IMG/VR virus record: IMGVR_UViG_3300030397_000179
Span: 1 to 27,843 of that record
From: a virus
Lineage: Duplodnaviria > Caudoviricetes
Length of the DNA: 27,843 nt
Reading direction: 5' to 3' (one strand)
Shown piece after piece: positions 1 through 8,962 of this stretch (position 1 is the stretch's first letter; each line of letters begins with the position of its first letter). Both the position numbers and the translations under genes were made by a program. The notes beneath the pieces were generated by a model that worked only from the letters and a program-made list of their open reading frames with translations, had not been told where the DNA came from and made no database searches.

Positions 1-379
1 GTGTTTGTTCGTTGTCTGGTTTACCATCACTCACTACAATGATTTTAATTCCGCAATCATCAGCAATTTTTACAAATTTAAGCGCATCCGTTAAATTAGT
101 TCCCCCATTTGCCGGTGACAATTTTCCATTTGGGCGAAATTCCACAAATGAGGCAAATTCAATCAATGCTATTTTGCCTTGATATTTACCCTGTAGCTTG
201 GTTAGATGATCTTGCGCCACATCCCAACGTGATTTACCGTTGCCAGCGTCATTTGTTTGCATGGAACCGCTAATGTCTACCAAAGCTACAAGGTCAACAT
301 TTAAAAATGTTTCAGCCAATGACATGTTATTTTTTTGTGCTAAATCCGACTGACTACCCAATATGCTTAAATTACTCAT
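1..379 (-). CDS. von Willebrand factor A (vWA) domain protein, partial (runs off the left edge)
   Basis: Not in the ORF track; translated by hand from the ATG at 379: MSNLSILGSQSDLAQKNNMSLAETFLNVDLVALVDISGSMQ...WGTNLTDAL...IIVVSDGKPDNEQT. It has the MIDAS DxSxS (DISGS), the conserved T (GTN) and hhhhSDG. Confidence 0.85.
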   Translation of the reverse strand, partial: MSNLSILGSQSDLAQKNNMSLAETFLNVDLVALVDISGSMQTNDAGNGKSRWDVAQDHLTKLQGKYQGKIALIEFASFVEFRPNGKLSPANGGTNLTDALKFVKIADDCGIKIIVVSDGKPDNEQT

Positions 380-683
380 CACTCATTCCTTGATTGACTT
401 GAATACTAAAGTTATATTGATAGTAGGGTAATGCCAACAAAAATCTTACAATTACTGCACCACATTGAACAGCTTCGATTTCTATATTATCAAGGTTACT
501 CTTTGTTGGTTCATAAATATTTTCTAGAATAGCTTGAGTTAGTTCACCGATTTCCTCTTGTATTATTGCTACTGCATGAACTGGATCGGTGGGCCAATTT
601 GGAAATTTGTTTAATGCACGAAGAAATTCGTCATTAATATTATTATATATACTTGCCCTATTAATATTTTTAGTCACACCCAT
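372..683 (-). CDS. MazG-like all-alpha nucleotide pyrophosphohydrolase domain protein
   Basis: IIQEEIGELTQAIL...IEIEAVQCGAV matches the EExGE...ExxQ/D pattern of MazG-like phage proteins. Confidence 0.6.
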   Translation of the reverse strand: MGVTKNINRASIYNNINDEFLRALNKFPNWPTDPVHAVAIIQEEIGELTQAILENIYEPTKSNLDNIEIEAVQCGAVIVRFLLALPYYQYNFSIQVNQGMSDE

Positions 684-1552
684 TCCCTCCTTAAGGAATT
701 AGTAGCCATATCCCAACTGGTGATTAAAGTTTTGCCCCCCTCTACAATGTCAACCCATTGATCGATCCGCTCTACCATAAATCGACCTACAGATTCGTGA
801 CCTGTACATAAAATATTTCCACACCGTACAGGGATTTGAAAATAGTTATTATTTTGGAATTGATTGTTATTCCGAGCCAATGAACCTTGTAGAGTTAAGC
901 CAGTATCATACTTTTTGCGCTTCATTGGATTCCGTAAAATGTTGTACGCCTCATTGATTTTGATGGTCATCTGTTCGGCGTCACTATCACTATTATGATC
1001 AGGATGATAGCGAAGTAGCATTTTACGCCATGCTTTTTTAATGTCTTTTTGATCAATGTTTTGCTGAATATTTAACAGTGTGTAGTAAGTGCTGATGTTT
1101 GGTGAATCCTTGCCGGTAAACCATTCTTTTAAAACCAATTCGGGAAAAACAACTGACCAGTTTAACCCACCAGGAATATAAGATATATCCATTCCATATT
1201 TGCGAGTGGTTTTTATTTCATGTACAACACCACCCAACGCTGATAATTCACCACCCCTATCTTTAATCGATCCAATATATTCAACCCGAATCATACGCTG
1301 TTCAGATGTTACGGCCGTTTTTTGTTGAATGCTTGAAATATCTAAATCAACCCCCAATTCATCTTTTACTAAATCACTCAAAATGTCTAGGTAATTCTTA
1401 TCAACAATCCAACATTTAAATTTGTTATCGACATAATGCGGTCGCCTTGCATTAGCTGGTATTTGTTGTTTCAGTCGATTGATTAGATAAGGGTCATAGC
1501 TGGAATAAAACTCCACACTAGAGCCACTATTTTTTACCCTTGCCCATTTCAT
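674..1552 (-). CDS. J-domain (DnaJ-like) protein with extra N- and C-terminal domains
   Basis: YYTLLNI...DIKKAWRKMLLRYHPDHN...INEAYNILRNPMKRKKYD is a canonical J-domain with an intact HPD motif. Confidence 0.9.
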   Translation of the reverse strand: MKWARVKNSGSSVEFYSSYDPYLINRLKQQIPANARRPHYVDNKFKCWIVDKNYLDILSDLVKDELGVDLDISSIQQKTAVTSEQRMIRVEYIGSIKDRGGELSALGGVVHEIKTTRKYGMDISYIPGGLNWSVVFPELVLKEWFTGKDSPNISTYYTLLNIQQNIDQKDIKKAWRKMLLRYHPDHNSDSDAEQMTIKINEAYNILRNPMKRKKYDTGLTLQGSLARNNNQFQNNNYFQIPVRCGNILCTGHESVGRFMVERIDQWVDIVEGGKTLITSWDMATNSLRREWV

Positions 1553-1715
1553 TTTTTATTCCATCAAGATTGCTGACAAAGAGAAATACAATACAAGTTA
1601 TCACATAAATAAGCACAATTTCCCATAGGTGATTACGCTCTATAGTAACTGCTATTAAAAAACCCGTAGAGTACGCCCAAAGTTCGTTAAATACATCCTT
1701 AATCAATCGTTTCAT
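1527..1715 (-). CDS. Small membrane protein
   Basis: 62 aa with hydrophobic segments; overlaps both neighbours in operon fashion. Confidence 0.55.
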   Translation of the reverse strand: MKRLIKDVFNELWAYSTGFLIAVTIERNHLWEIVLIYVITCIVFLFVSNLDGIKNEMGKGKK

Positions 1716-2428
1716 TTCATCCCACCTTTACACAATTCCCAAAACTCGCAATAGTTTGATGAGCATTTCCACGTAGTTGGATTAGGAACATGCTGCCCTG
1801 CCCTCATGGAGTCGGATACAACACCTATAAGGTTAAACAGCCCTAGTACATCTTCAACCGTTCGCCATGTTTCCAATACCTGTACATCAGGGTTTTTTGT
1901 TTTGGTGAAAATGTGATATTCAAACTTAATCGGAAAATCTGACGTTTGAATCATGCCCATTTTGTGCATGCCGGCAATGTAGAAAGTTGCTTGCAAATCT
2001 TTATCTGCTTGTGCCTGTGACCATTTGCGTTTGCTTGTTTTAAAATCAACTGGTGTGCCATCTTCTAAAATTGCATCAATATAACCAATAATGGGCAATT
2101 CACTCTGCGGGATTGTGAGCTCAAATTTTAATTCAGATTGTTTGATTTCAAGACCTTGTAGGTGTGCTTTAATTGGGGTTGATTCAGACATTCTAGATAG
2201 AGCGTGGTAGTTCTCTTCACTCTGCATAGAAGTGTCCAATGACTCAAGAAAGGCTTCATCGATCGGCTGTAGTGTACCAGCTACAAGGTTAATCATTTTA
2301 TGCCATGCCGAACCAAATAATAAAGCATCATTTTTTTCTGATTTAATTTGATCAATATAACGATACCTCCAATGACGTTGACACATCAAATAATTTTGAA
2401 TAGATGAGTATGACAGATGGTCAATCAT
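1712..2428 (-). CDS. PD-(D/E)XK exonuclease (RecB/AddB/Cas4-like, probable Fe-S cluster)
   Basis: HLSYSSI...C, GSAWH, GYIDA...VDFKT, QxxxY and C-terminal KCSSNYCEFWELC (one plus three Cys). The start was moved to the ATG at 2428 (AAGAGG SD, ATGA overlap with the upstream gene); the ORF is open to 2467. Confidence 0.88.
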   Translation of the reverse strand: MIDHLSYSSIQNYLMCQRHWRYRYIDQIKSEKNDALLFGSAWHKMINLVAGTLQPIDEAFLESLDTSMQSEENYHALSRMSESTPIKAHLQGLEIKQSELKFELTIPQSELPIIGYIDAILEDGTPVDFKTSKRKWSQAQADKDLQATFYIAGMHKMGMIQTSDFPIKFEYHIFTKTKNPDVQVLETWRTVEDVLGLFNLIGVVSDSMRAGQHVPNPTTWKCSSNYCEFWELCKGGMK

Positions 2429-2616
2429 TTCGGCCTCTTTTCCAAACCACTCTTCAACTGTTTCCATTTGTTATGTGTAATATATCTTCCTGTTGGCTCA
2501 TATCCGCTAATGTTTAACTTTGGTTTATCTTCAAACCAAGTCCATTTTTCAATGTCATTTAAAGCTAGCCAATTAGCCCATTCAGGCGCATCATTCCAAT
2601 TCGGTTTTTGGTTCAT
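2425..2616 (-). CDS. Small Trp-rich phage hypothetical protein
   Basis: PNWNDAPEWANWLA...WTWFEDKP; GGAGA SD before the ATG at 2616. Confidence 0.65.
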   Translation of the reverse strand: MNQKPNWNDAPEWANWLALNDIEKWTWFEDKPKLNISGYEPTGRYITHNKWKQLKSGLEKRPK

Positions 2617-3334
2617 AATTTTTCTCCAGATATACAACCATTTCTTCTATAGAACCATTCGTTTTGGAAGATGCTTCAAGAACATTGTCAGGATCATACT
2701 TTGCAATCAAGCTCTCCCATGTCGGTGAAATCTCACCTGTATCCTGATCAATAGTAACTACCTCGGACTGATTAGACATTTCACCACTGACATAGACTGA
2801 TTGCATAAAAATATCGGGGCAAAACCGCTTATAAGCTCGTGATGTCGCCCTATTGAGAAGCATATCAATAGGGTATTTTTTGTAATTCTCTTTATCCTGT
2901 AGTCCGGCCGCTTTGACATCATCCCAAGTGAATGAAGCTTTTCCAATTTCAACCATTTTGACAACATCTAGCTTTTTAACAAAATTTTTGTTTTCATCAT
3001 ATTCTAGCAATTCCGTTTTACCTAAAATTGTTATGATGCATTCTTTATCAGTCAACTTTTCAATGTGATAATCATAATCAGGATGCTTGCGTATTTGTGC
3101 CCGAATAACTGTCCCTTCCACCTCTACACGGCCATTCACTGTATACAAACCACCATTTACGGCAAGTGATAAAGGTAGATCGTTTTCAAAACAAAACAAT
3201 AGATGCTTTGCAATCTTGGCACGTTCTGTAACTGCTCTAGGCTCTACAGTTTCGCTTATTGCTCTGATCATATCCCAATTTGCGGGATTCATTTCACGTT
3301 GTGTGGTTAATTCATTCATCCGTTTCATTCCCAA
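2591..3334 (-). CDS. RecT/Red-beta-like single-strand annealing recombinase
   Basis: LYTVNGR...SFTWDDVKAAGL..KENYKKYPIDML..RATSRAYKRFCPD...VY..GEM resembles phage RecT-family motifs, and the gene lies near an exonuclease. The start may be 3328 or 3319. Confidence 0.7.
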   Translation of the reverse strand: MGMKRMNELTTQREMNPANWDMIRAISETVEPRAVTERAKIAKHLLFCFENDLPLSLAVNGGLYTVNGRVEVEGTVIRAQIRKHPDYDYHIEKLTDKECIITILGKTELLEYDENKNFVKKLDVVKMVEIGKASFTWDDVKAAGLQDKENYKKYPIDMLLNRATSRAYKRFCPDIFMQSVYVSGEMSNQSEVVTIDQDTGEISPTWESLIAKYDPDNVLEASSKTNGSIEEMVVYLEKNYEPKTELE

Positions 3335-3548
3335 CTTCTATATATTCAGCTATTCTATACCTAAAATTTGTCACTCTTTTTTCAAGGGAGATAAAGCTTT
3401 TTAACGTATGCGGATTCAACTTAGCTTTTATCAATTGATCTTTCGCATTAAACAAAGCTGTCTCAGCTTTAATTATATTTACTATTGCCAATTTTGTATG
3501 ATAGCTATCCATTATTACCATCCTCACTTGCAAAAAACAATCGACCAC
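3312..3548 (-). CDS. Hypothetical protein
   Basis: Fills the gap between the ERCC4 and RecT-like genes with overlaps; the real start is probably the ATG at 3512. Confidence 0.5.
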   Translation of the reverse strand: MVDCFLQVRMVIMDSYHTKLAIVNIIKAETALFNAKDQLIKAKLNPHTLKSFISLEKRVTNFRYRIAEYIEVGNETDE

Positions 3549-4209
3549 CCAAAGAGTTAATTATTTTTTCCTTTGTTTTATATCCAATTCCAGAAATATT
3601 TTTTGCTGTTAAATCTGTAAGCCATTCCAGGCCCTTACCTAAATTCCCGAATTCACTAGCAATCTTTTGCGCCTTATCTGAACCAATACCGTCAAACGCC
3701 ATATACACTTGCTCATGTGGGCTAAATACATACGATTGTCGCCTAGGTGCGACTTTTACATCATTGCGCGATCGATTTATAAGCCGTTCGACCGCTCCGT
3801 GAAAGTCGGGATCATAAACTACAGTACAGCCCATTTCTTGAATGGAAGTTAGGGAACCTTGTAGAGATGACCATTGCCAACCAGATAGATTTTTCTCCCC
3901 CCGATGCACCTCGTGAAGAAAGTGATCATCAAGAGGCTCAAACCAACCTTCAATCACAACATAACCCCACTCATTACCCTCTACAAGGTCATTCACCTGA
4001 TTAAACAATCGCCCATCTCGCAATGAGTCTAGATAATCACGTGGTGTTTTGCGCTCAATGTTCAGAATAGAGCCGTCAGGACATGATACCTGAAAATCGA
4101 AAGGTAGGGATTTTACAAGGCACAAAATACCCATTGCCTCAAATCGCTCTTTGTGTTCTGGATAGTGCGAGTGTTCATTGCTATCAATAGTTATTATTGT
4201 GCCTCGCAT
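3505..4209 (-). CDS. ERCC4 (XPF/Mus81-type) structure-specific nuclease with helix-hairpin-helix motifs
   Basis: IDSNE, DF, IERKTPRDYLDSLRDGRLFNQ, VVIEG; HhH-like FDGIGSDKA and ISGIGYKT. Confidence 0.9.
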   Translation of the reverse strand: MRGTIITIDSNEHSHYPEHKERFEAMGILCLVKSLPFDFQVSCPDGSILNIERKTPRDYLDSLRDGRLFNQVNDLVEGNEWGYVVIEGWFEPLDDHFLHEVHRGEKNLSGWQWSSLQGSLTSIQEMGCTVVYDPDFHGAVERLINRSRNDVKVAPRRQSYVFSPHEQVYMAFDGIGSDKAQKIASEFGNLGKGLEWLTDLTAKNISGIGYKTKEKIINSLGGRLFFASEDGNNG

Positions 4210-4218
4210 AATTATCTC

Positions 4219-4950
4219 CTACCAAGGCAATAAGTCTGGATTTGCTTTTAATGCAATTTCTTGCATTGCTGTATCCTCTAAATTGATATTTGCCAGCATA
4301 GGCATTTCTGACACTCTCTGGGCAAGTTCAGCATGATCCTTTGATTGTTTTGCTAATGTTTCAAGGAATGGGATTGCTTGCTCTAGTGAGATAGCTTCAA
4401 CTTTCTTTTCTTCGATTTTGGAACCTTGAGGCAATTCACCTTTATGTTCATCATAAGCCGCTTGACAATCATCTGCATTTTCAAAAACTTCTAACAGTTT
4501 GATACCACGGATAGGTTTTTCAACACCATCAGAGTTTTTGTATTTACGAATGACTGGCGTCTCATATTTGAAAAACCTCGACCCCTCTGTTAGGCCACGT
4601 AAAAATTCATTGATTTCTTGTCGTTTGTGCGGGTCATTGGGATCAACACCTAAAATTTCACCTGCCGAATTAAAGATTGATTTCCAATCGTCCGACCATA
4701 CAGGAGATTGATTTTTAAATGTCTCAAATTTTGCTCCAATAGGGAAATGTTGATACTCATAAACTACATGAACCCTCTTCCCATCCGCAATAATAGCTTT
4801 GTGTTCTTCATCATTTGAGTCAAATTCAACCCAATCTCGCACACCTGCCATACGGATACCCTGAAAACCGCGATAGATTACAAACTCACCAAAAAATACG
4901 TCACTTGGTGGTGCTGTTTCTTCTTTTCCAAATGGGTCAAAGTTAGTCAT
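4219..4950 (-). CDS. Hypothetical protein (acidic; possibly ssDNA-binding/recombination accessory)
   Basis: 243 aa ORF in the recombination operon; function inferred from context only. Confidence 0.5.
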   Translation of the reverse strand: MTNFDPFGKEETAPPSDVFFGEFVIYRGFQGIRMAGVRDWVEFDSNDEEHKAIIADGKRVHVVYEYQHFPIGAKFETFKNQSPVWSDDWKSIFNSAGEILGVDPNDPHKRQEINEFLRGLTEGSRFFKYETPVIRKYKNSDGVEKPIRGIKLLEVFENADDCQAAYDEHKGELPQGSKIEEKKVEAISLEQAIPFLETLAKQSKDHAELAQRVSEMPMLANINLEDTAMQEIALKANPDLLPW

Positions 4951-5140
4951 TATCTGCCACCTCCGCTAATTTATCGTTTAAGAATTCATATAAGTCCTGC
5001 CCAATTGCTGATGTCATTTTCCCGCTCGCACGAGCAAGAGACTTTAAATCAATAGTCGACGCTATGGTTAATTGGATAACTAAGGGGTCTTTCTGCAGTG
5101 GGTCAACTCTTTTACTTTTGATTTGTTTCACTTGAATCAT
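4943..5140 (-). CDS. Hypothetical protein
   Basis: 65 aa, overlaps both neighbours. Confidence 0.55.
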   Translation of the reverse strand: MIQVKQIKSKRVDPLQKDPLVIQLTIASTIDLKSLARASGKMTSAIGQDLYEFLNDKLAEVADND

Positions 5141-5351
5141 TTGTATCTTCCTTTTTGTCTTGAATTTCTGCCATCGTTAATTGGCGATTGACATGATTTT
5201 GATATTGCTGATCGCATTCATACCCAATAAATAGCCGATTAAGGATTACAGCACGCAAAGAAATATCCTTTTCGTTCGCTTCATTTTTAATCATTTCAGC
5301 TAAATTTGGGGGGATGCTCAAATTATAATTCCAGTTTCCATCATTTACCAT
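5112..5351 (-). CDS. Ribbon-helix-helix (Arc/CopG-like) DNA-binding protein
   Basis: NYNLSIPPNLAEMIKNEANEKDISLRAVILNRL fits the RHH strand-helix-helix pattern. It is the first gene after the promoter and has an AGGAG SD. Confidence 0.75.
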   Translation of the reverse strand: MVNDGNWNYNLSIPPNLAEMIKNEANEKDISLRAVILNRLFIGYECDQQYQNHVNRQLTMAEIQDKKEDTNDSSETNQK

Positions 5352-5372
5352 AAGTTTTCTCCTATCGTTTTA

Positions 5373-5400
5373 TATGTCATTTTAATACAAATATGACATA
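5373..5400. promoter_or_regulatory. Inverted-repeat operator TATGTCAT-N12-ATGACATA overlapping the promoter
   Basis: Perfect 8 bp arms at 5373-5380 and 5393-5400 bracket the -10 element. Confidence 0.65.
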
Positions 5401-5407
5401 CTGTCAA
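5379..5407 (-). promoter_or_regulatory. Sigma70-type promoter of the early/recombination operon
   Basis: Minus strand reads TTGACA (5407-5402), 17 bp, TAAAAT (5384-5379). Confidence 0.85.
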
Positions 5408-5432
5408 GCTGTAAACCTTAAATTTTTCCAAC

Positions 5433-5460
5433 AAAAAACCGCCTCACGTGGAAGCGGCTT
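5433..5460 (-). terminator. Rho-independent terminator ending the late operon
   Basis: Minus strand AAGCCGCTTC-CACGT-GAGGCGGTTTTTT, about 40 nt after the last tail gene. Confidence 0.8.
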
Positions 5461-5502
5461 AGTGGGTGATTGACCTACAAGATCAAACCATGAGCAATTC
5501 TA

Positions 5503-5928
5503 TTATATATAATATGCCAAAACGTACAAGGATATTCTTATTGTGTCATCGTATTCTATGTAAACATCGCCATTAGAATCACAGGGGACAATACCTTGTA
5601 GGCTAATCCATTCATCATGAGAATTACCATAACCTGTATAAGCCAGCATAGATGTACTGTCGCTAGATTGCTTCTTGATCTTTACGGCCGTTATTGTAGG
5701 ATCGATAATATCCATTCTGAGCATAACCGCTCTGATATTATCCGGTACGCCAAAATCGGCAGAGAGATCGATAATACCATCATCGGCAGTGCCCTTAGTT
5801 TCATCAAACCAATCTGTAAGATTTTCCAATCTTTCAAAATGCCACTGAGGGGTATCTTGGCTTTCTAGTTGCGACAATCTTTCTTCTAGATCTTTTACAA
5901 TTCGCTCAATTCTAGCTAATTCGCTCAC
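5503..5928 (-). CDS. Small tail-tip/fibre-associated protein
   Basis: N-terminal coiled coil then a beta-rich domain; last gene of the tail module. Confidence 0.55.
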   Translation of the reverse strand: MSELARIERIVKDLEERLSQLESQDTPQWHFERLENLTDWFDETKGTADDGIIDLSADFGVPDNIRAVMLRMDIIDPTITAVKIKKQSSDSTSMLAYTGYGNSHDEWISLQGIVPCDSNGDVYIEYDDTIRISLYVLAYYI

Positions 5929-7040
5929 AAATCAAGCTCCACTTTTGACGAAATTGTCTCACGCCCTGTGCCATCAACACGAATATGTACAGCCCTGATA
6001 ACAGTATTGGCCTGAAAACCGGCATGGGATATTGTTACCTTGTCACCAAAATCCCAGTCAACCCCATAGCGGAATGATGGAGTATCAATCATAGACCCCT
6101 GCAAAGTTATTTGTGGTCTAAATTTTGCTAGTTCAGATTGGCCAACATCGTTTAGGGACTCTGTATCATCTATATCGATAAACGTTGCGTTGCGAAACTT
6201 TTCCCGCCGCCCCCAGTAGGATTGCCCAGATCTCGCAGTGTCTTCGACCTCCTCTATATTCCTATTCGCACCTTCCCCTTTGCCCCCAACATAAATATAA
6301 GATGCAACATCAGACCAATCGTACTGTAAATCCACCTCTACAAGGTTCCCATTTTCAGTACTAAAAACAACAGGATTACCAGAACCACCTACAGAACGAT
6401 CAACTCCGATTTGATTTTTGAAAAATCTTGCTTCTAAATATGTATCAGATATAGGAATTATTCCCCAAAATATTTCTGTTCCTTGATTCTTGCTGGCTTG
6501 CTGGAATTTCTTTAATATCTGAAGGAGAGGTTTCCATGCAACTTTGGATTTTATATTTGCGCCAAAATCAAAGGCACTAGCTTCATCATAGTAATTCCCA
6601 CTAATATTCCGCACGTCAGGATTAGATCCAAATGATCCTAAATTTCTACCCAATGCAATTCTGATTGCTTGCCCTATTGAATAGTCGTATTCGCTATTTG
6701 AATGCTCACTAGAGAATGCATTTATTCGCCTTTCTGTTAATCCATTTGGGCCATGCCCTTCTGTAGAAAATTGACTACCCCCTCCTCGCATCGTACTGTA
6801 ATTAAACTTTTGCAAAAATGCCACAAAGTCTAACTTTAAACTACCCCCAATGGGCTGACGATAGACATGTATGCGCCTATCTACTTGATTTGTTTCCCAC
6901 AAAGAACCTTGTAGGGGTGTGTTGAGTGCAAGAAACCCGACATCACCAGCAACTTTTACATACTCAAATTGTGTGACATTGGTGATATTTGTGATCCGAT
7001 TTCCAAGATCATCAGCATACCAAAATTCGTAGTAAGTCAT
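5925..7040 (-). CDS. Siphovirus minor tail/baseplate hub protein (ReqiPepy6 Gp37-like)
   Basis: Follows Dit; motifs YVGGKGEGANR, WGRREKF and FRYGVDWDFGDKVT are typical of this family. Confidence 0.8.
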   Translation of the reverse strand: MTYYEFWYADDLGNRITNITNVTQFEYVKVAGDVGFLALNTPLQGSLWETNQVDRRIHVYRQPIGGSLKLDFVAFLQKFNYSTMRGGGSQFSTEGHGPNGLTERRINAFSSEHSNSEYDYSIGQAIRIALGRNLGSFGSNPDVRNISGNYYDEASAFDFGANIKSKVAWKPLLQILKKFQQASKNQGTEIFWGIIPISDTYLEARFFKNQIGVDRSVGGSGNPVVFSTENGNLVEVDLQYDWSDVASYIYVGGKGEGANRNIEEVEDTARSGQSYWGRREKFRNATFIDIDDTESLNDVGQSELAKFRPQITLQGSMIDTPSFRYGVDWDFGDKVTISHAGFQANTVIRAVHIRVDGTGRETISSKVELDL

Positions 7041-8962
7041 TAGTCATCCAGTGATAAAAACGCGGCTTTAAATTTCATATTTGCAGTTACAACAGTACTA
7101 CCACTCAAGGTCTGTTCATCTACAAACAAATTGATGATATTTTCACTCGAGCCTGATGAGTTGTCAGGGTTTAGGAAAAATTGACCTTGATTGCTATTTT
7201 CAAGAAATGCATCATTTACATTACCAAACTTTGATGATGTTGCTTTTATTTCTTCATGCGGTCTTAGCTCTAGCGTCAATGTTTCCCCATCTAGTAGTGT
7301 GTAGTCCATATAGATAATTGCGCCAGTCGTTTCATTTTTTAATCTTTTTATTATACACCTTGTAACAGTGTCCCCACTGTCATCTCTTGAGATTTCTACA
7401 TAAGGATAAGCTGGAGCAGTTCCGCTATAATTGATGGTGTCACCACCAGAATGGTTAACTTGAGCCGATGCTGTATCAAATCCAACAAAAACATCATCTC
7501 CTTCAAATGCGATAGCAGATAATCCCCCGCTATTAGGCTTGATATCTATATCTGCCCATGTGGAGCCATTCCAAATTGCCCCTCCCGTTAAATGAGATAG
7601 TGATGAAATAGTAAAACTACCAAAAACATAGATTAAATTACCATTGACCACTATTTTGTTAACATCACTATCCAATGTGTCATTGCCAACTTTTGCAAAT
7701 GATGTCCCATTCCATGTCACAAATCTATCGCTAGATAAAATTGTGCCGCCAGCCACATAAAGTAAACCGTCGGCACCAAACGCCATAGCATTCACATCGT
7801 CATCTAGTCCGGAATTCATAGCTGTGTATGCCGATCCATCCCATTTCACAATGTAATCAGCATCAGTAATATTCCCAAACGATGTAAAATTACCACCAAT
7901 ATAAACATTGTTTTGCGCGTCACTGCTTATCGCGTCTACACTAGTAATTGATGCGCTTCCAGTAGTTGGATCAGCCATTGCATTCCATGCCGATCCATCC
8001 CAGTACGCCACATAATCAGCATTAGTCACACCACCTATTGAAGTCCCGCTAGTACCAATATAAATATTCCCATTTCTAGCTGTATGAATTGTGTTTACAT
8101 CTGAGGGTGAACCAGTTCCCATTGCTGACCATGATGTCCCATCCCAACGGGCAATTCTATCAGCATTACCAACTCCACCGGCATTTGTAAATCCACCCCC
8201 AACAATTAAATCGCCATTCGCCGCAATTTCTAAGGCGTTAACTGCTCCGTTCAAACCCGTAGAAAGTGCAGAAAATGTGTCAGTTGACATATTATAACGT
8301 ACAATGTTATCAAAATTGCCATCCCCATTTAACGAAGTGAACGAACCGCCAAAGTAAATGTAAGTTCCATCTGATATGATGGCATTGATGGAAGTAAAGG
8401 CACCAGCCGCGCTATTATTTCCCAAATCTGACCAGATTCCCGCCTCTTTTCCTGCTGTTCCTCTGATCGTCGAAATTCTGTCACTAGGATCGAGTGACTC
8501 TGTTGTCTCACTAGTGGCATAGAACAATGGATCGGGCGATAAAAAACGCAATGGTATATCTGTTTCCGTCCACTCTATAGGAATACCATCTTGCAATGCC
8601 CCATCATAATAAGCTGAAATTTCTTTGTCTGTTGTCCCTCCAGTATATCTAATTGCCCTTGCTGGCAATTGCTCATTAATGTTTGTGACATAGCTCATAA
8701 TAGCTTTGATCAAATCGTGCCGTTTGTCATGCACATCTGCTACAGATTCGCCCCCCTCTGCGACAATAGAGCCTTGTAGAGTCCAAACCCTTTGATCTAT
8801 TTGTCTATTGTTATAGCTGGAGCCAAATTGTAAGGGAAGTGGGTTTGTAATATTTCGTATAGGTGGCAACCCTGTCCCAAACGATGAAGAGACTATAAAA
8901 TTAAGGTTGTCCCTAAAATCAACAAAAGAGCCATCTATCTCTATTTTCCAGTTACTAGGCAT
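7040..8962 (-). CDS. Distal tail protein (Dit) with inserted beta-propeller repeats
   Basis: Follows the tape measure gene. It has Dit-like FLSPDPLFY and NYSGTAPAYP around repeated xYxGGxFT...hhxWDGSxWxxM blades. Confidence 0.8.
   Translation of the reverse strand: MPSNWKIEIDGSFVDFRDNLNFIVSSSFGTGLPPIRNITNPLPLQFGSSYNNRQIDQRVWTLQGSIVAEGGESVADVHDKRHDLIKAIMSYVTNINEQLPARAIRYTGGTTDKEISAYYDGALQDGIPIEWTETDIPLRFLSPDPLFYATSETTESLDPSDRISTIRGTAGKEAGIWSDLGNNSAAGAFTSINAIISDGTYIYFGGSFTSLNGDGNFDNIVRYNMSTDTFSALSTGLNGAVNALEIAANGDLIVGGGFTNAGGVGNADRIARWDGTSWSAMGTGSPSDVNTIHTARNGNIYIGTSGTSIGGVTNADYVAYWDGSAWNAMADPTTGSASITSVDAISSDAQNNVYIGGNFTSFGNITDADYIVKWDGSAYTAMNSGLDDDVNAMAFGADGLLYVAGGTILSSDRFVTWNGTSFAKVGNDTLDSDVNKIVVNGNLIYVFGSFTISSLSHLTGGAIWNGSTWADIDIKPNSGGLSAIAFEGDDVFVGFDTASAQVNHSGGDTINYSGTAPAYPYVEISRDDSGDTVTRCIIKRLKNETTGAIIYMDYTLLDGETLTLELRPHEEIKATSSKFGNVNDAFLENSNQGQFFLNPDNSSGSSENIINLFVDEQTLSGSTVVTANMKFKAAFLSLDD

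Noticed and set aside
1712-2428. Cas4-like nuclease as evidence of a CRISPR system
   Set aside because: No repeat-spacer array or other cas gene is present; the context with a RecT-like gene indicates a phage exonuclease.
5503-8962. Diversity-generating retroelement acting on tail genes
   Set aside because: No reverse transcriptase and no template/variable repeat pair differing at adenines were seen.
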